Shown piece by piece: positions 47,793 to 58,974 of a stretch of DNA of 64,000 nt. A model generated the notes under the pieces. The model ran no database searches. It had not been told where the DNA came from and worked only from the letters and a program-made list of their open reading frames with translations. Location: positions 1,196 through 65,195 of the forward strand of contig JBEIDU010000005.1 in the NCBI GenBank assembly GCA_040383345.1. Reading direction: 5' to 3'. The stretch comes from Chitinophagales bacterium (GTDB lineage: Bacteria; Bacteroidota; Bacteroidia; Chitinophagales; JADJOU01). How positions within the stretch are numbered: position 1 is the first letter of the stretch; each line of letters starts with the position of its first letter. Position numbers and translations under genes: made by a program.

Positions 47793-49385
47793 CTAATTTT
47801 TTATCAATTTCTTATATAAAATCCGATCTCTAAAATTCAGTTTTATAAAATAAGCACCGCTTGCATAATTGGATAAATCTATCCTAATTAAATTATTTCC
47901 TTGAATGAGTGCTTCAGTTTGGCTAGAAATGAGACCATTGAAACTATACAATTCTACATTTATAGTTTCTTGAAGATAATGATTAAATTCTATGATTATA
48001 GCATCTTTAGTCGGATTTGGATAAAGGTAAATATTCTCTGTAGAATCATTTTTTAGAATCATCTTTTGAGCAGATATAAAATTGGGTATACCATATCCAA
48101 AGGATTCATTTGGATTGGTAAAACGATTACTACTTCTGTATATAGCATCTTTAATCTTATCGGGTGATGCCGTTCTATTGGCTTGCCAAAAACAAGAGAT
48201 CAATCCTGCCATAATTGGCGATGCAAAAGAAGTTCCGTTTGAAATAGCAAATTTACCTGCATCATAGTAGCAAGTAGCTAGTTTAGCTACTGCACAAATA
48301 TTGGGTTTTATTTGGCCAAGCGCATTGTAGCCTCTTGAGCTAAAGTCTGTTACATTTCCAGCTTTATCAATACCGCCAACAGTGATAACACCTTCTGCAT
48401 CTGAAGGACATGATATTTTACCCCAAGATTTATTTCCTAAATTTCCGGCTGCATTTACTACTAATATACCTTTGTCACTTGCTATTTGAGCTGCAATAGT
48501 TGATATAGCCGTTTTACCGTCTAATTGATTCAATGTATAATTGGTACTAGCGTCATCAAATTCTGTGTATCCAAGCGATGAATTGATAATATCTACTCCT
48601 ATACTATCAGCTATTTCGGCCGCCTTAGCCCAATTGATTTCTTCTACTTTGCTTTCATAACCATTCGCTTCGGTTATAAAAAGATAATAGTTTGCTTTTG
48701 GTGCTGTTCCTATAAGGGTGTCTTTTACAAATGAACCCATACATCCCAATACCAATGAACCATGATTGTCATATTTATATAAAGAATCAGTGTTATATAC
48801 AAAATTTCTGACTGGGAAAATTCTATTTTCTATGAATAAATGCCTAAGACTGGCAATACTATCAATTCGGTCAAAGCCCGCATCAAAAATAGCTATTTTC
48901 ATGTTTTCTCCATGATATCCTAGATTGTGTAATGTATCACCTTGATGCATTTTAATTTGATCAAAACTAGATCCGTATTCGGCTATGGAAAATGACGATT
49001 TTGTTTTTTTACTACTATTTTTAAGCTTTTTGGTTCGTGCTATTAAGTCTATTTTCGTAACAAAAGGCAATAATTTTATTTCTTTTAATTTTGATTCATC
49101 ACATTCAATCAATGAGCCATTAAGCCATTTTGAAATCACTATTGGTGTAGTGATATTGCTTAAAGCTTCTATTTTGTATGATTCTATTGCATAATCTTTG
49201 ATATCAATATTAATGTTATACTTTAGTTTTCGCTCTATAGATGCTGGACTAATAGATAATCTCGTTTTGGAAATATCTTTATTGTTGAACCAAATAAAAT
49301 ATTGATTTTGAGACCATAATTGCCCCATGATAGCTAGGGAAAATATGATTATGATGCTTCTATTCATGTTACAAATATAATTCAA
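47793..49385 (-). CDS. S8 (subtilisin) family serine peptidase with T9SS type-A sorting domain
   Basis: Catalytic triad contexts AIFDAGFD, NHGSLVLG and GTSFASPIMAG. The C-terminus is IYLYPNPTKDAIIIEF...GAYFIKLNF. The start may be the Met at 49367. Confidence 0.8.
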   Translation of the reverse strand: MNYICNMNRSIIIIFSLAIMGQLWSQNQYFIWFNNKDISKTRLSISPASIERKLKYNINIDIKDYAIESYKIEALSNITTPIVISKWLNGSLIECDESKLKEIKLLPFVTKIDLIARTKKLKNSSKKTKSSFSIAEYGSSFDQIKMHQGDTLHNLGYHGENMKIAIFDAGFDRIDSIASLRHLFIENRIFPVRNFVYNTDSLYKYDNHGSLVLGCMGSFVKDTLIGTAPKANYYLFITEANGYESKVEEINWAKAAEIADSIGVDIINSSLGYTEFDDASTNYTLNQLDGKTAISTIAAQIASDKGILVVNAAGNLGNKSWGKISCPSDAEGVITVGGIDKAGNVTDFSSRGYNALGQIKPNICAVAKLATCYYDAGKFAISNGTSFASPIMAGLISCFWQANRTASPDKIKDAIYRSSNRFTNPNESFGYGIPNFISAQKMILKNDSTENIYLYPNPTKDAIIIEFNHYLQETINVELYSFNGLISSQTEALIQGNNLIRIDLSNYASGAYFIKLNFRDRILYKKLIKN

Positions 49386-49402
49386 AAAAATATATGGACA
49401 TA

Positions 49403-49439
49403 AAAAAAGCGGCGCTTTTTTGAGCTACCGCTTTTTTTA
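49403..49439 (-). terminator. possible terminator after sod
   Basis: On the minus strand, aaaaaaagcgg...ccgcttttttt has short GCGG/CCGC arms and a large loop. The structure is weak. Confidence 0.3.
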
Positions 49440-49486
49440 ATTATTAAGATGAAATAAATCAATCTATATTTTTAATTCAAATTGAA

Positions 49487-50092
49487 TTAAGCATTTTGAT
49501 AATTTTGAGAAGCTGCTTCCCAATTTATTACATTCCAGAAAGCTGAAATATAATCTGGTCTTCTATTTTGATAATTCAGATAATAAGCGTGTTCCCATAC
49601 ATCTAACCCAATAATTGGGGTGCCTTTACATTCTGCAATATCCATCAACGGATTATCTTGATTGGGTGTACTACAAATACACAAGCTACCATCTGTTTTT
49701 TTGCATAACCATGCCCATCCAGAACCAAATCGAGTTGTAGCGGCTTTATTGAACTCTTCTTTCATCGCTTCGAAGCTACCAAACTGCGCATCGATTTTAC
49801 TAGCCAATTCACCTGTAGGATTTCCACCGCCGTTTGCAGACATAATACTCCAAAAGAAAGTATGATTCCAATGTCCACCACCATTGTTGCGTACTGTAGG
49901 CGAAAATTTAGAAATATTTTTAACAATTTCTTCGATAGACATGGACGCAGCATCTGTATTTTCAATGGCTGCATTCAAATTGTTTACATACGCTTGATGA
50001 TGTTTTGAATGATGAATTTCCATCGTTTTTGCATCAATATGCGGTTCAAGATCAGTATAACTGTAATTTAATTTTGGTAATTCGAAAGCCAT
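49487..50092 (-). CDS. Fe/Mn superoxide dismutase
   Basis: [32 protein letters not shown] and DVWEHAYYL. Start set at the Met at 50092. Confidence 0.9.
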   Translation of the reverse strand: MAFELPKLNYSYTDLEPHIDAKTMEIHHSKHHQAYVNNLNAAIENTDAASMSIEEIVKNISKFSPTVRNNGGGHWNHTFFWSIMSANGGGNPTGELASKIDAQFGSFEAMKEEFNKAATTRFGSGWAWLCKKTDGSLCICSTPNQDNPLMDIAECKGTPIIGLDVWEHAYYLNYQNRRPDYISAFWNVINWEAASQNYQNA

Positions 50093-50390
50093 AATTTTTA
50101 TGTTTTTATTTATATGAATAAAGAACAATACAGCGCTATAATAAGTTCGCAAAAAATTGAAAAATAATTTGAATTTTGATTTTTTTCTTTAAAAATTACT
50201 ACTAAATATTTTTTGTATACATTTAAAACGTTATTCTTTAAAAGATAATCTGCGTATTCCAAAAATGATAAAGGGAAATCGTATGTATTCTATTTTTTAA
50301 ATAATGAATATTCTAAGAAGATGTCTTTTCTTATATTTTATTTAAAATAAAATTTGTATTAATTCTTGTAAATATTAAAATCAAAGACTT

Positions 50391-50398
50391 TATCTTTG
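50391..50398 (+). promoter_or_regulatory. -7 box TATCTTTG
   Basis: Exact TAnnTTTG match, 17 nt upstream of the ATG at 50416. Confidence 0.45.
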
Positions 50399-50415
50399 CG
50401 ATATAAATAAAAATT

Positions 50416-51777
50416 ATGTCTAAATATTCCGAAATTGTAGCGTCAAAAAAAGAAGTTTTTTTAAATGAATTGGTTGATTTGTTGAAATATCCCTCTATCT
50501 CTGCGGATCCTAATTATAAAAATCATGTATTGGATTGTGCTGATTTTGTGAAATATCAAATGGTGCTAGCAGGTTTAGATGCTGTAGAAATTATTCCTAC
50601 CAAAGGTTTTCCTATTGTATATGGAGAGAAAATAATAGACCCATCATTACCTACAGCATTGATATACGGACATTATGATGTTCAACCTGCCGATCCTATA
50701 GATTTGTGGCATTCTCCACCTTTTGAACCTGTGATAAAAGATGGTAAAATATTCGCTCGTGGTGCTGCTGATGACAAAGGGCAATTTTATATGCACCTAA
50801 AGGCGTTAGAGATATTAATTGCCGAAAGGAAGTTGTCTTGTAATGTGAAAGTCATCATAGAAGGGGAAGAGGAAGTGGGAAGTACCCATTTGGAGCAGTT
50901 TGCACTGGATTATAAAGAAAAATTGAATTGTGATTTTATCATAATTTCGGATACGTCTATGATTTCAAATGAAAATCCTTCTATCACTACAGGCTTGAGA
51001 GGCTTGTGTTATATGGAAGTAGAGGTAACGGGACCTAATAGAGATTTGCATTCGGGCGTATACGGAGGTGCTGTGGCCAATCCTATCAATACCCTTTGCA
51101 AAATGATTTCACAGCTTCAAGATGATAATGGAACTATACAAATTCCTGGTTTTTATGAAAAAGTAGAAGCCGTATGCCAAAAAGAACGCGATGCTATGGC
51201 ACAAGCGCCTTTTGATATAGAAGCCTACAAAAAACACTTGGATATTGACGATGTTTTTGGCGAAAAAGAATACAATGTCCTTGAACGAGTAAGTATTAGA
51301 CCTACTTTGGATGTAAATGGTATTTGGGGTGGATATATAGGTGAGGGAGCCAAAACGGTATTGCCATCAAAAGCATTTGCAAAAATTTCGATGCGTCTTG
51401 TACCGCATCAAGATTTTCATGAAATTGAAAAATTATTTGAAGATTATTTTGTGTCAATCGCGCCTAAAAATGTAAAAGTAAAAGTAACGCCGCATCATGG
51501 AGGAGAGCCAGCGGTAACACCTACCGATAGTTTTGCCTACAAAGTAGCCGAAAAAGCGATAGTAGAGACCTATGGAAAAACGCCTATTCCACTTCGTTCG
51601 GGAGGTTCTATTCCTATTGTATCTATGTTTAAGCGAGTATTGGGTGTCGATACCGTATTGCTTGGATTTGGACTCGATAGCGATGCCATTCATTCGCCCA
51701 ACGAACATTATCATCTTTGGAATTATTACAAAGGCATTGAGACGCTATGCTGCATGTATAGCAATATGAGTCTGTAA
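50416..51777 (+). CDS. M20-family dipeptidase / metallohydrolase
   Basis: GHYDVQPAD, RGAADDKG and IIEGEEEVGS motifs. 453 aa. Confidence 0.8.
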   Translation: MSKYSEIVASKKEVFLNELVDLLKYPSISADPNYKNHVLDCADFVKYQMVLAGLDAVEIIPTKGFPIVYGEKIIDPSLPTALIYGHYDVQPADPIDLWHSPPFEPVIKDGKIFARGAADDKGQFYMHLKALEILIAERKLSCNVKVIIEGEEEVGSTHLEQFALDYKEKLNCDFIIISDTSMISNENPSITTGLRGLCYMEVEVTGPNRDLHSGVYGGAVANPINTLCKMISQLQDDNGTIQIPGFYEKVEAVCQKERDAMAQAPFDIEAYKKHLDIDDVFGEKEYNVLERVSIRPTLDVNGIWGGYIGEGAKTVLPSKAFAKISMRLVPHQDFHEIEKLFEDYFVSIAPKNVKVKVTPHHGGEPAVTPTDSFAYKVAEKAIVETYGKTPIPLRSGGSIPIVSMFKRVLGVDTVLLGFGLDSDAIHSPNEHYHLWNYYKGIETLCCMYSNMSL

Positions 51778-51780
51778 TGT

Positions 51781-52422
51781 ATGACGAAGCCCTTTTTGAT
51801 TTTTGATTTTGATAGCACACTTATCCAAACTGAAACCTTAGATGAACTGGCTGCCATTGTAAGTCCACACGATACTCAAATAGCCTCGAAAATAGCTCAA
51901 ATTACCGATTTGGCAATGAATGGCGAGATAGATTTTTTTCAAGCCCTATCGCAGCGTTTAGCTATATTGAAATTGAATCAAAGTCATTTGGAAATTTTCA
52001 AGCATTTGGTTTTGGACAAAATTTCAAATTCGGTACTTCAGCACAAAACTTCTTTTGAAGCGAATGCCAATCGTATTTATATCGTTTCGGGAGGCTTTAA
52101 TGAATTGATATATCCTGTTTCAGATTTTTTGGGAATCGCACGAAATCATGTTTTTGCTAATCAGTTTCTTTTGGATGAAAATCAAAATGTAGTAGGTGTA
52201 AATACCGATTCTTTTTTGGCACATTCGGGAGGCAAAGCACAATGTATCGATTCGCTAAATCTTGAAGGCGATATATATATGATAGGCGATGGAATGACCG
52301 ATGTCGAAGTCAAAGATACATTGCCTCACGTGCTATTTTATGCCTACACCGAACACGTCAAAAGAGAAAAAGTCCTAGCCAAAGCGGATAAAATTATTGA
52401 GAGTGTTGATGAGTTGTTTTAG
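51781..52422 (+). CDS. HAD-IB family phosphatase (phosphoserine phosphatase-like)
   Basis: FDFDSTLI (DxDxT), VSGGF and IGDGMTD motifs. Confidence 0.7.
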   Translation: MTKPFLIFDFDSTLIQTETLDELAAIVSPHDTQIASKIAQITDLAMNGEIDFFQALSQRLAILKLNQSHLEIFKHLVLDKISNSVLQHKTSFEANANRIYIVSGGFNELIYPVSDFLGIARNHVFANQFLLDENQNVVGVNTDSFLAHSGGKAQCIDSLNLEGDIYMIGDGMTDVEVKDTLPHVLFYAYTEHVKREKVLAKADKIIESVDELF

Positions 52423-52571
52423 AATTCTATAATTGTAAAAATTACATATATTTAATGCAATCGATTAAATAAATTATTTTATATATTTTATTTTTGAGGC
52501 ATTTTTTCGAGTGAGTTCGTTTAAAATTTAAGATATTTGCGTACTTTTATTAAAAATAATAGAAACATTAT

Positions 52572-55292
52572 ATGAGTTCATATCAATCATTTATATCCAA
52601 TGCACATCCAGCGGCTATTGAAGGCATGTATCATGATTTTAAAAATAATCCTAATGCAATAGATCCTGAGTTAAGAAAATTTTTTGAAGGGTTTGATTTT
52701 GCAGTAGATCAGCCACAATCAACTAGCGCTAATGGAGCCATGAGTTTAGATGAGTTGAAGGTGTATCATTTGATTCAGTATTACAGAGATTATGCCCATT
52801 TGATATCGGATACCAACCCTATCAAAAAGAGAAAAGATAGAGGCGTAAATGTTTCTTTTTCACGTTTTGGATTGAAAGACAGTGATTTGAGTAAGAAATT
52901 TGCTATTTCATCTGAAATTGGTTTGAATAATGCTACGTTGCAAGAAATTATAAATAAATTGAACATTTGCTATGCTTCAAAAATAGGATTTGAATACAAT
53001 CAAGTACGAAATGAAGCAGAGCGTGTATGGTTGAAATCAAAGATAGAAAATGATTACAATCAAAAATCATTTGATATTGAAAAACAAAAAGGACTTTTGC
53101 GTTCCTTGAATCATGGTGTAGTTTTTGAAGAGTTTTTGGGTAAGAAATTTATCGGCGAAAAACGTTTCTCACTTGAAGGAGGCGAAAGCACTATTCCTGC
53201 AATAGAGAGTATTATTGACAAATCGGCTAGCTTAGGTGTAAAAGAAGTAGTTATAGGTATGGCGCACCGAGGACGTTTGAACGTTTTAGTGAATATTATG
53301 AAAAAAACATATGAGGAAATTTTCACCGAATTTGAAGGTGTAAAAGCGGATGAAGTAGCTGGAGATAGCGATGTGAAATACCACAAAGGATATCAATCTA
53401 TGCGCAAAACACCTAGTGGCGAAGTGTATTTGAATTTATTGGCAAATCCATCGCATTTGGAGGCTGTAAATCCTGTAGTTTTGGGATATGCACGTGCCAA
53501 ATCGGATATTTTGTACAAAGAAGATTATGCCAATGTATTGCCAATAATTATTCATGGAGACGCTGCGGTGGCTGGGCAGGGAATAGGTCAAGAGGTCGTG
53601 CAAATGCAAACTTTAAAAGGATTTAAGAATAAGGGAACCATTCATTTTGTGATTAATAATCAAATTGGATTTACAACTGATTTTGATGATGCGAGAAGTA
53701 GCGATTACAGTACGGCAATAGCCAATATGGTAAATGCACCTGTAATTCATGTGAATGGAGATAGTGTAGAAGATGTCATTTTTGCATGTGAAATGGCGAG
53801 CGAATATCGTCAAAAATTTGAGAAAGACATATATGTGGATATGGTATGCTACAGAAAACATGGACATAACGAAAGTGATGACCCAAAGTATACACAACCC
53901 GAGATGTATAGTTTAATTGGCAAAAAGAAAAATCCTCGTGATGTATATGCTGAGTTTTTGACATCAAAAGGAGCTGTGGAAGCAGAAATGGTAAAGAAAT
54001 TAGACAAAGAATTGTATGATGAACTTCAAGATAGGCTTAATGTAGTAAAAGAAGAAATAAAAGAATACGTGTATCGTCCTCATGAAAAGGCTTGGCACAA
54101 AATGATGAAAGCGAGAAGCCAAGATTTTGAAAAAAGCCCTAATACAGCTATTGACAAAGCTACTTATGATTTGATTTCTACAAAGATATTTGAAGTGCCT
54201 TCAGGATTTACCCCTTTGAAAAAGGTAGAAAAACAAATGGCTGATTGGATGAAAAATATGGTAGAAGGTCTCAAGTTGGATTGGCAGGCTGGAGAAATGA
54301 TGGCTTATGGTTCGTTGTTGCTAGAAGGTAAAGATATTCGTTTTACGGGAGAAGATGTGAAAAGAGGTACTTTTTCCCATCGTCATGCGTGTCTTTTTGA
54401 TCAAGAAAAAAATACAGAGTTCAATAGATTGAGCAATCTTAGTGAAAAACAAGGGAATATTCGTATGTTCAATTCTTTATTGTCTGAATATGGTGTTTTG
54501 GGATATGAATTTGGATATTCAATTGCCAGTCCTGACAATTTAGTTATTTGGGAAGCACAATTTGGAGATTTTAATAATGGCGCGCAAATTATTATCGATC
54601 AGTTTTTAATGAGTAGCGAAACCAAATGGAAAGTGAGCTCGGGAATGGTGTTGTTATTGCCTCATGGATACGAAGGACAAGGTCCTGAGCATAGTAGTGC
54701 AAGAATGGAAAGATTCTTGCAGCAATGTGCGGAATTTAATGTTCAAGTGGTAAATATTACTTCCCCAGCCAATTATTTCCATGCAATTAGAAGACAATTA
54801 GCGCGTAATTTTAGAATTCCTTTGATAGTAATGTCGCCAAAATCATTATTGCGTCATCCAAAATGTGTAAGTGATGCAAGTGAAGTATTACATGGTGGAT
54901 TTCAAGAATTGATAGATGATGCTGCCGCAAAACCAAGTGAGGTAAAAAGAGTCTTGTATTGTTCTGGAAAAATTTATTATGAATTATTGGCAAAAAAAGA
55001 AGCCGATAATAGAAATGATATAGCCATTGTAAGGATGGAGCAACTATATCCTATTCCTATTAAACAATTGGAAGCTACTTTTGATAAATACAAAAATGCA
55101 GAAAAATGTTGGGTACAAGAAGAACCTGCCAATATGGGTGCATGGACCTATCTACTCGATAGACAATATCGTATGAAAGGGGAAGCGTTTTTTAAGCTAA
55201 TTTCTAGAAAAACATCTTCTTCACCAGCTACTGGAAATAAAAAACAGCATATGGATGAAGTAAAAGATATTATGGAAAGAGCTTTTAAGTAG
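52572..55292 (+). CDS. sucA: 2-oxoglutarate dehydrogenase E1 component
   Basis: 906 aa, with FSLEGGES, GMAHRGRLNVL, HGDAAVAGQG, CYRKHGHNE and LLPHGYEGQGPEHSS. Confidence 0.9.
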   Translation: MSSYQSFISNAHPAAIEGMYHDFKNNPNAIDPELRKFFEGFDFAVDQPQSTSANGAMSLDELKVYHLIQYYRDYAHLISDTNPIKKRKDRGVNVSFSRFGLKDSDLSKKFAISSEIGLNNATLQEIINKLNICYASKIGFEYNQVRNEAERVWLKSKIENDYNQKSFDIEKQKGLLRSLNHGVVFEEFLGKKFIGEKRFSLEGGESTIPAIESIIDKSASLGVKEVVIGMAHRGRLNVLVNIMKKTYEEIFTEFEGVKADEVAGDSDVKYHKGYQSMRKTPSGEVYLNLLANPSHLEAVNPVVLGYARAKSDILYKEDYANVLPIIIHGDAAVAGQGIGQEVVQMQTLKGFKNKGTIHFVINNQIGFTTDFDDARSSDYSTAIANMVNAPVIHVNGDSVEDVIFACEMASEYRQKFEKDIYVDMVCYRKHGHNESDDPKYTQPEMYSLIGKKKNPRDVYAEFLTSKGAVEAEMVKKLDKELYDELQDRLNVVKEEIKEYVYRPHEKAWHKMMKARSQDFEKSPNTAIDKATYDLISTKIFEVPSGFTPLKKVEKQMADWMKNMVEGLKLDWQAGEMMAYGSLLLEGKDIRFTGEDVKRGTFSHRHACLFDQEKNTEFNRLSNLSEKQGNIRMFNSLLSEYGVLGYEFGYSIASPDNLVIWEAQFGDFNNGAQIIIDQFLMSSETKWKVSSGMVLLLPHGYEGQGPEHSSARMERFLQQCAEFNVQVVNITSPANYFHAIRRQLARNFRIPLIVMSPKSLLRHPKCVSDASEVLHGGFQELIDDAAAKPSEVKRVLYCSGKIYYELLAKKEADNRNDIAIVRMEQLYPIPIKQLEATFDKYKNAEKCWVQEEPANMGAWTYLLDRQYRMKGEAFFKLISRKTSSSPATGNKKQHMDEVKDIMERAFK

Positions 55293-55313
55293 TGTCCTAG
55301 ATTTTTTCATGAA

Positions 55314-55341
55314 AGCTGTAATAATTCGTTACGGCTTTTTT
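55314..55341 (+). terminator. rho-independent terminator after sucA
   Basis: agctgtaa-taattcg-ttacggct forms an 8-bp stem with one G-U pair, followed by TTTTT. Confidence 0.55.
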
Positions 55342-55411
55342 ATAAATTTTTAAATATAATAATAGATATATAATCATAAGAGTTTTAAGAATTACACTAT
55401 TAAAATAAAAA

Positions 55412-55442
55412 GGGCAACATTCCTAAATGTTGCCCTTTTTTT
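55412..55442. terminator. bidirectional rho-independent terminator between convergent sucA and the glutamine synthetase gene
   Basis: gggcaacat-tcctaa-atgttgccc is a perfect 9-bp stem. An A-rich run precedes it and T7 follows. Confidence 0.8.
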
Positions 55443-55461
55443 ATTTATAACTAATAGAAAA

Positions 55462-57660
55462 TTATCTTACATAAAGCAATTCTCTATATTTAGGCAATGT
55501 CCATATAGCATTGTCTACAAACTGCTCTAATTTATCAGCATGATATCTAATTTCTTCGAAGAATGGTAGAACTTTGTCACAATATGCTTTTGCTTTTTCA
55601 GAGGTCTCTTCTATTGCATTGCATTTTTTGCGAGCGTCAATCATAGCATCAACATTTTTCTTTAAATTAAAAATATGTTTTGAGATACTTTGGGCCAACT
55701 CTTGTTGTGCGATATAGTCATTTTTATCAAATCCTAAATCTTTTAAATTTTTAATATTCTCTAGAATTTGATTTTGATATTTGATCGCAGCCGGAATTAC
55801 ATTATTTACACATAATTCACCAATTAAACGTCCTTCAATTTGAACTTTTAATAAATAATTATGATTTAAAATTTCTTGACGTGCTTCAATTTCTCTATCG
55901 GAGAAAACACCATTTTCAATAAACACATCTTTGTTCTTTTTCTCTAAAAAGAAATCAAGAGCGTGGGGTGTCGTTTTCACGTTGTTCAATCCTCTTTTTG
56001 CCGCTTCTAGTGCCCATTCTTCACTATAATTATCGCCTTCAAACAAAATATGTTTACTTTCAATAATGTACTTTCTCAATATTCTAAAGATGGCTGCTTC
56101 CTTTTTTTCACCTTCATTTTTGATCAAATCATCTACATCGTTTTTGAATTTTTTGAATTGATTGGCTACAATGGTATTGATTACAATCATGTTCTGAGCA
56201 CAATTGGCAGATGACCCTACTGCTCTAATTTCAAATTTATTACCTGTAAATGCAAAAGGAGATGTTCTATTTCTATCGGTATTATCCAATAAGATTTCAG
56301 GAATACTATTATGGATATTCAATTTGATATCTTCTGTAACCAACTCGTCTTGTTTGTCGTCATTTACTTTTTCTTCAATATCTTTTAGTACTTTGGTAAG
56401 AGCATCGCCAATAAATACTGAAATAATAGCAGGCGGTGCTTCATTAGCACCCAGTCTATGATCATTACTAGCTGAAGCAATACTAGCACGAATCAAATCA
56501 GCGTAATTAGCAGCAGCTGCAATTACATTGATAAATGTAGTAAGAAATAATAAATTGTTTTTTGGAGTTTTGCCAGGAGATAATAAATTTTTCCCAGTAT
56601 TGGTGCTCATACTCCAATTGTTGTGCTTTCCACTTCCATTGACTCCTTTAAATGGTTTTTCATGAAATAATACTTTTAGTTTATGTGCTTTTGCTACACG
56701 ATCCATTATATCCATCAATAATTGATTGTGGTCTACTGCTACATTTACTTCTTCAAACATAGGTGCGCATTCAAATTGACTAGGTGCAACCTCGTTGTGA
56801 CGCGTTCTTACAGGGATACCCAATTTATGACATTCTTTTTCCAAATCTACCATATAGTCCAACACTCTTTCTGGAATCGCTCCAAAATAGTGGTCTTCTA
56901 ATTGTTGTCCTTTGGCTGGAATAGCCCCTAGCAACGTTCGTCCCGTATGAACTAAATCGGGACGAGCATAATATAACGCTTCATCAATTAAGAAATATTC
57001 TTGCTCCCAGCCTAATGTAGCCGCTATTTTTGTAACATTTTTATCAAATAGATTCACAACGGGTAAAACCGCTTTTTCGAGTGCATGAACCGATTTTAAC
57101 AAGGGGGCTTTATAATCCAATGTTTCACCTGTATAGCTTATAAAAATTGTAGGAATACAAAGTGTTTTAACATTTTTATTTTCTATTATAAATGCTGGAG
57201 ATGTAGGATCCCAAGCCGTATATCCTCTCGCTTCAAAAGTCTGACGAATTCCTCCGTTTGGAAAGCTAGAAGCATCGGGCTCTTGTTGAATTAGGTTGCT
57301 TGCTCCAAAATATTCAATGGCATTGCCATCGTTATCGGGCATAAAAAATGAATCGTGTTTTTCGGCAGTAAGACCTGTAAGAGGTTGAAACCAGTGTGTA
57401 TAAGATTTCACACCTTTCTCTATAGCCCATTGTTTCATACCTTGTGCCACTTGTGCCGCTACTTCTCGGTCAATTTTTTCATTATTTTCAATACAATTTT
57501 TCAATTTATTGAAAATAGAATAAGAAACATATTTTTCCAAAACTTTCTCTGAAAAAACATTTTCTCCAAAATAGTCTGAAACTTTGTTAGAAATCGGATC
57601 AACATCGATTTTTTTTCTATTTATAGTTTCATTCATTAAATCAAAACGTACATTTTGCAT
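55462..57660 (-). CDS. glnN: glutamine synthetase type III
   Basis: 732 aa. It begins with the typical GSIII N-terminus (FGENVFSEKVLEKY) and also carries WFQPLTG, HNEVAPSQFE and HKNWS-type motifs. Confidence 0.85.
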   Translation of the reverse strand: MQNVRFDLMNETINRKKIDVDPISNKVSDYFGENVFSEKVLEKYVSYSIFNKLKNCIENNEKIDREVAAQVAQGMKQWAIEKGVKSYTHWFQPLTGLTAEKHDSFFMPDNDGNAIEYFGASNLIQQEPDASSFPNGGIRQTFEARGYTAWDPTSPAFIIENKNVKTLCIPTIFISYTGETLDYKAPLLKSVHALEKAVLPVVNLFDKNVTKIAATLGWEQEYFLIDEALYYARPDLVHTGRTLLGAIPAKGQQLEDHYFGAIPERVLDYMVDLEKECHKLGIPVRTRHNEVAPSQFECAPMFEEVNVAVDHNQLLMDIMDRVAKAHKLKVLFHEKPFKGVNGSGKHNNWSMSTNTGKNLLSPGKTPKNNLLFLTTFINVIAAAANYADLIRASIASASNDHRLGANEAPPAIISVFIGDALTKVLKDIEEKVNDDKQDELVTEDIKLNIHNSIPEILLDNTDRNRTSPFAFTGNKFEIRAVGSSANCAQNMIVINTIVANQFKKFKNDVDDLIKNEGEKKEAAIFRILRKYIIESKHILFEGDNYSEEWALEAAKRGLNNVKTTPHALDFFLEKKNKDVFIENGVFSDREIEARQEILNHNYLLKVQIEGRLIGELCVNNVIPAAIKYQNQILENIKNLKDLGFDKNDYIAQQELAQSISKHIFNLKKNVDAMIDARKKCNAIEETSEKAKAYCDKVLPFFEEIRYHADKLEQFVDNAIWTLPKYRELLYVR

Positions 57661-57666
57661 GATATT

Positions 57667-58947
57667 TTATTTTTTATGATGCAAAAATAAATGTTTTTTA
57701 ATGAATTGGGGTGAAAAATTATACATAGAGAAAATATTGACACACTTAGTGTTGAAAACTATTCCTAAATAAATCAAAATAATGAAAACAGAACGATATC
57801 TTACTATTGAACCATAATTTGGTACGATTAAAATTATTAATAATAAGCCTGTAATTGAAGAAATAAAAGTAAAAAATGCAATGTTGATATTTTTGATTTG
57901 TTTGTTTTTGAAAAAGTAAATTATCCACAAAATAAAAATAAGATTGCTTAGAATAAAGAAAGTATGTAAAAAGGAAAAATTACTAATATTGGGAATAAAG
58001 AAAAATAATTTAAAAAGAGATTTAAAGAAAATAATAAGATTTTCAAAGAAATTGTTATTAAAATCTATATAATCCAATGCTGTATTTCCTATGGCTTTTT
58101 TATTAAAACTAAGTTTTCTTGAAATTACAAAAGGAATGATTTTTTTTAGAATTAAAATTGAACCAATACTTATAGCGAATAACAAAGAATAAAATACTTT
58201 TTTATTCCTTAAATACATTTTTTGTAAAATCCAAATAAGATATACCAAAAGAAAAATTACAAAAATATAATTTCTAATCAATGCTATATGAAACAATGCA
58301 ATAAGTAATAGCCAAATACTCAATAAGCTTTTTTCTAAAATCTTGAAATAAAACACATAGCTAATCAATAAAAATACAACAGCTTCTTTGTGCATCCCTT
58401 GAATGAAAAAAGAATCTATTCCTGAAAAAGTTAAAGCTATTATTCCCAAGTATACTTGAGATTTGGATAAATTATATTTTTCAAATAATTGAATCCACAT
58501 ATATTTTGTAGCAAAGCTCAAAAGCCCAAAGAAAAATGAAATGATATATAAATTTTCTCGAGACAAATACATGAAAAATCCATAAATACGCGACATTAGA
58601 AAATCTGAGGGAATACTCCACGTATTGCTTCCCATTATCTGGTTGTGAACTCTTGGTGGATCAATTTTGCCTCCGTACCAAAAAAGTAGTTCTATATTTT
58701 TCAAAAAATCTTGTTCAAGATAGCAGGAAATATTATTCGCATCTCTAAAAAACAATAAAATATCCCCTTTGAAATAATGAATTGTAGCAAAGGAATAAGC
58801 AGCACTTATTATAACGGATAAAAAAAGCAACAATAAAAAACCTTTACTTGAAACATGTTTGTTTCTTTTGAAAAGAGGACTTATTATAATGAAAAAAGCC
58901 ACTGACAAAAAGAGAACTAAATAGTATAAAACGTCTTTTGAAGTCAA
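57667..58947 (-). CDS. polytopic membrane protein of unknown function
   Basis: 426 aa with roughly 10-12 hydrophobic segments. No motif recognised. Confidence 0.5.
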   Translation of the reverse strand: MTSKDVLYYLVLFLSVAFFIIISPLFKRNKHVSSKGFLLLLFLSVIISAAYSFATIHYFKGDILLFFRDANNISCYLEQDFLKNIELLFWYGGKIDPPRVHNQIMGSNTWSIPSDFLMSRIYGFFMYLSRENLYIISFFFGLLSFATKYMWIQLFEKYNLSKSQVYLGIIALTFSGIDSFFIQGMHKEAVVFLLISYVFYFKILEKSLLSIWLLLIALFHIALIRNYIFVIFLLVYLIWILQKMYLRNKKVFYSLLFAISIGSILILKKIIPFVISRKLSFNKKAIGNTALDYIDFNNNFFENLIIFFKSLFKLFFFIPNISNFSFLHTFFILSNLIFILWIIYFFKNKQIKNINIAFFTFISSITGLLLIILIVPNYGSIVRYRSVFIILIYLGIVFNTKCVNIFSMYNFSPQFIKKHLFLHHKK

Positions 58948-58974
58948 TGGCCTTTCTTATATAGTGAATTACTT

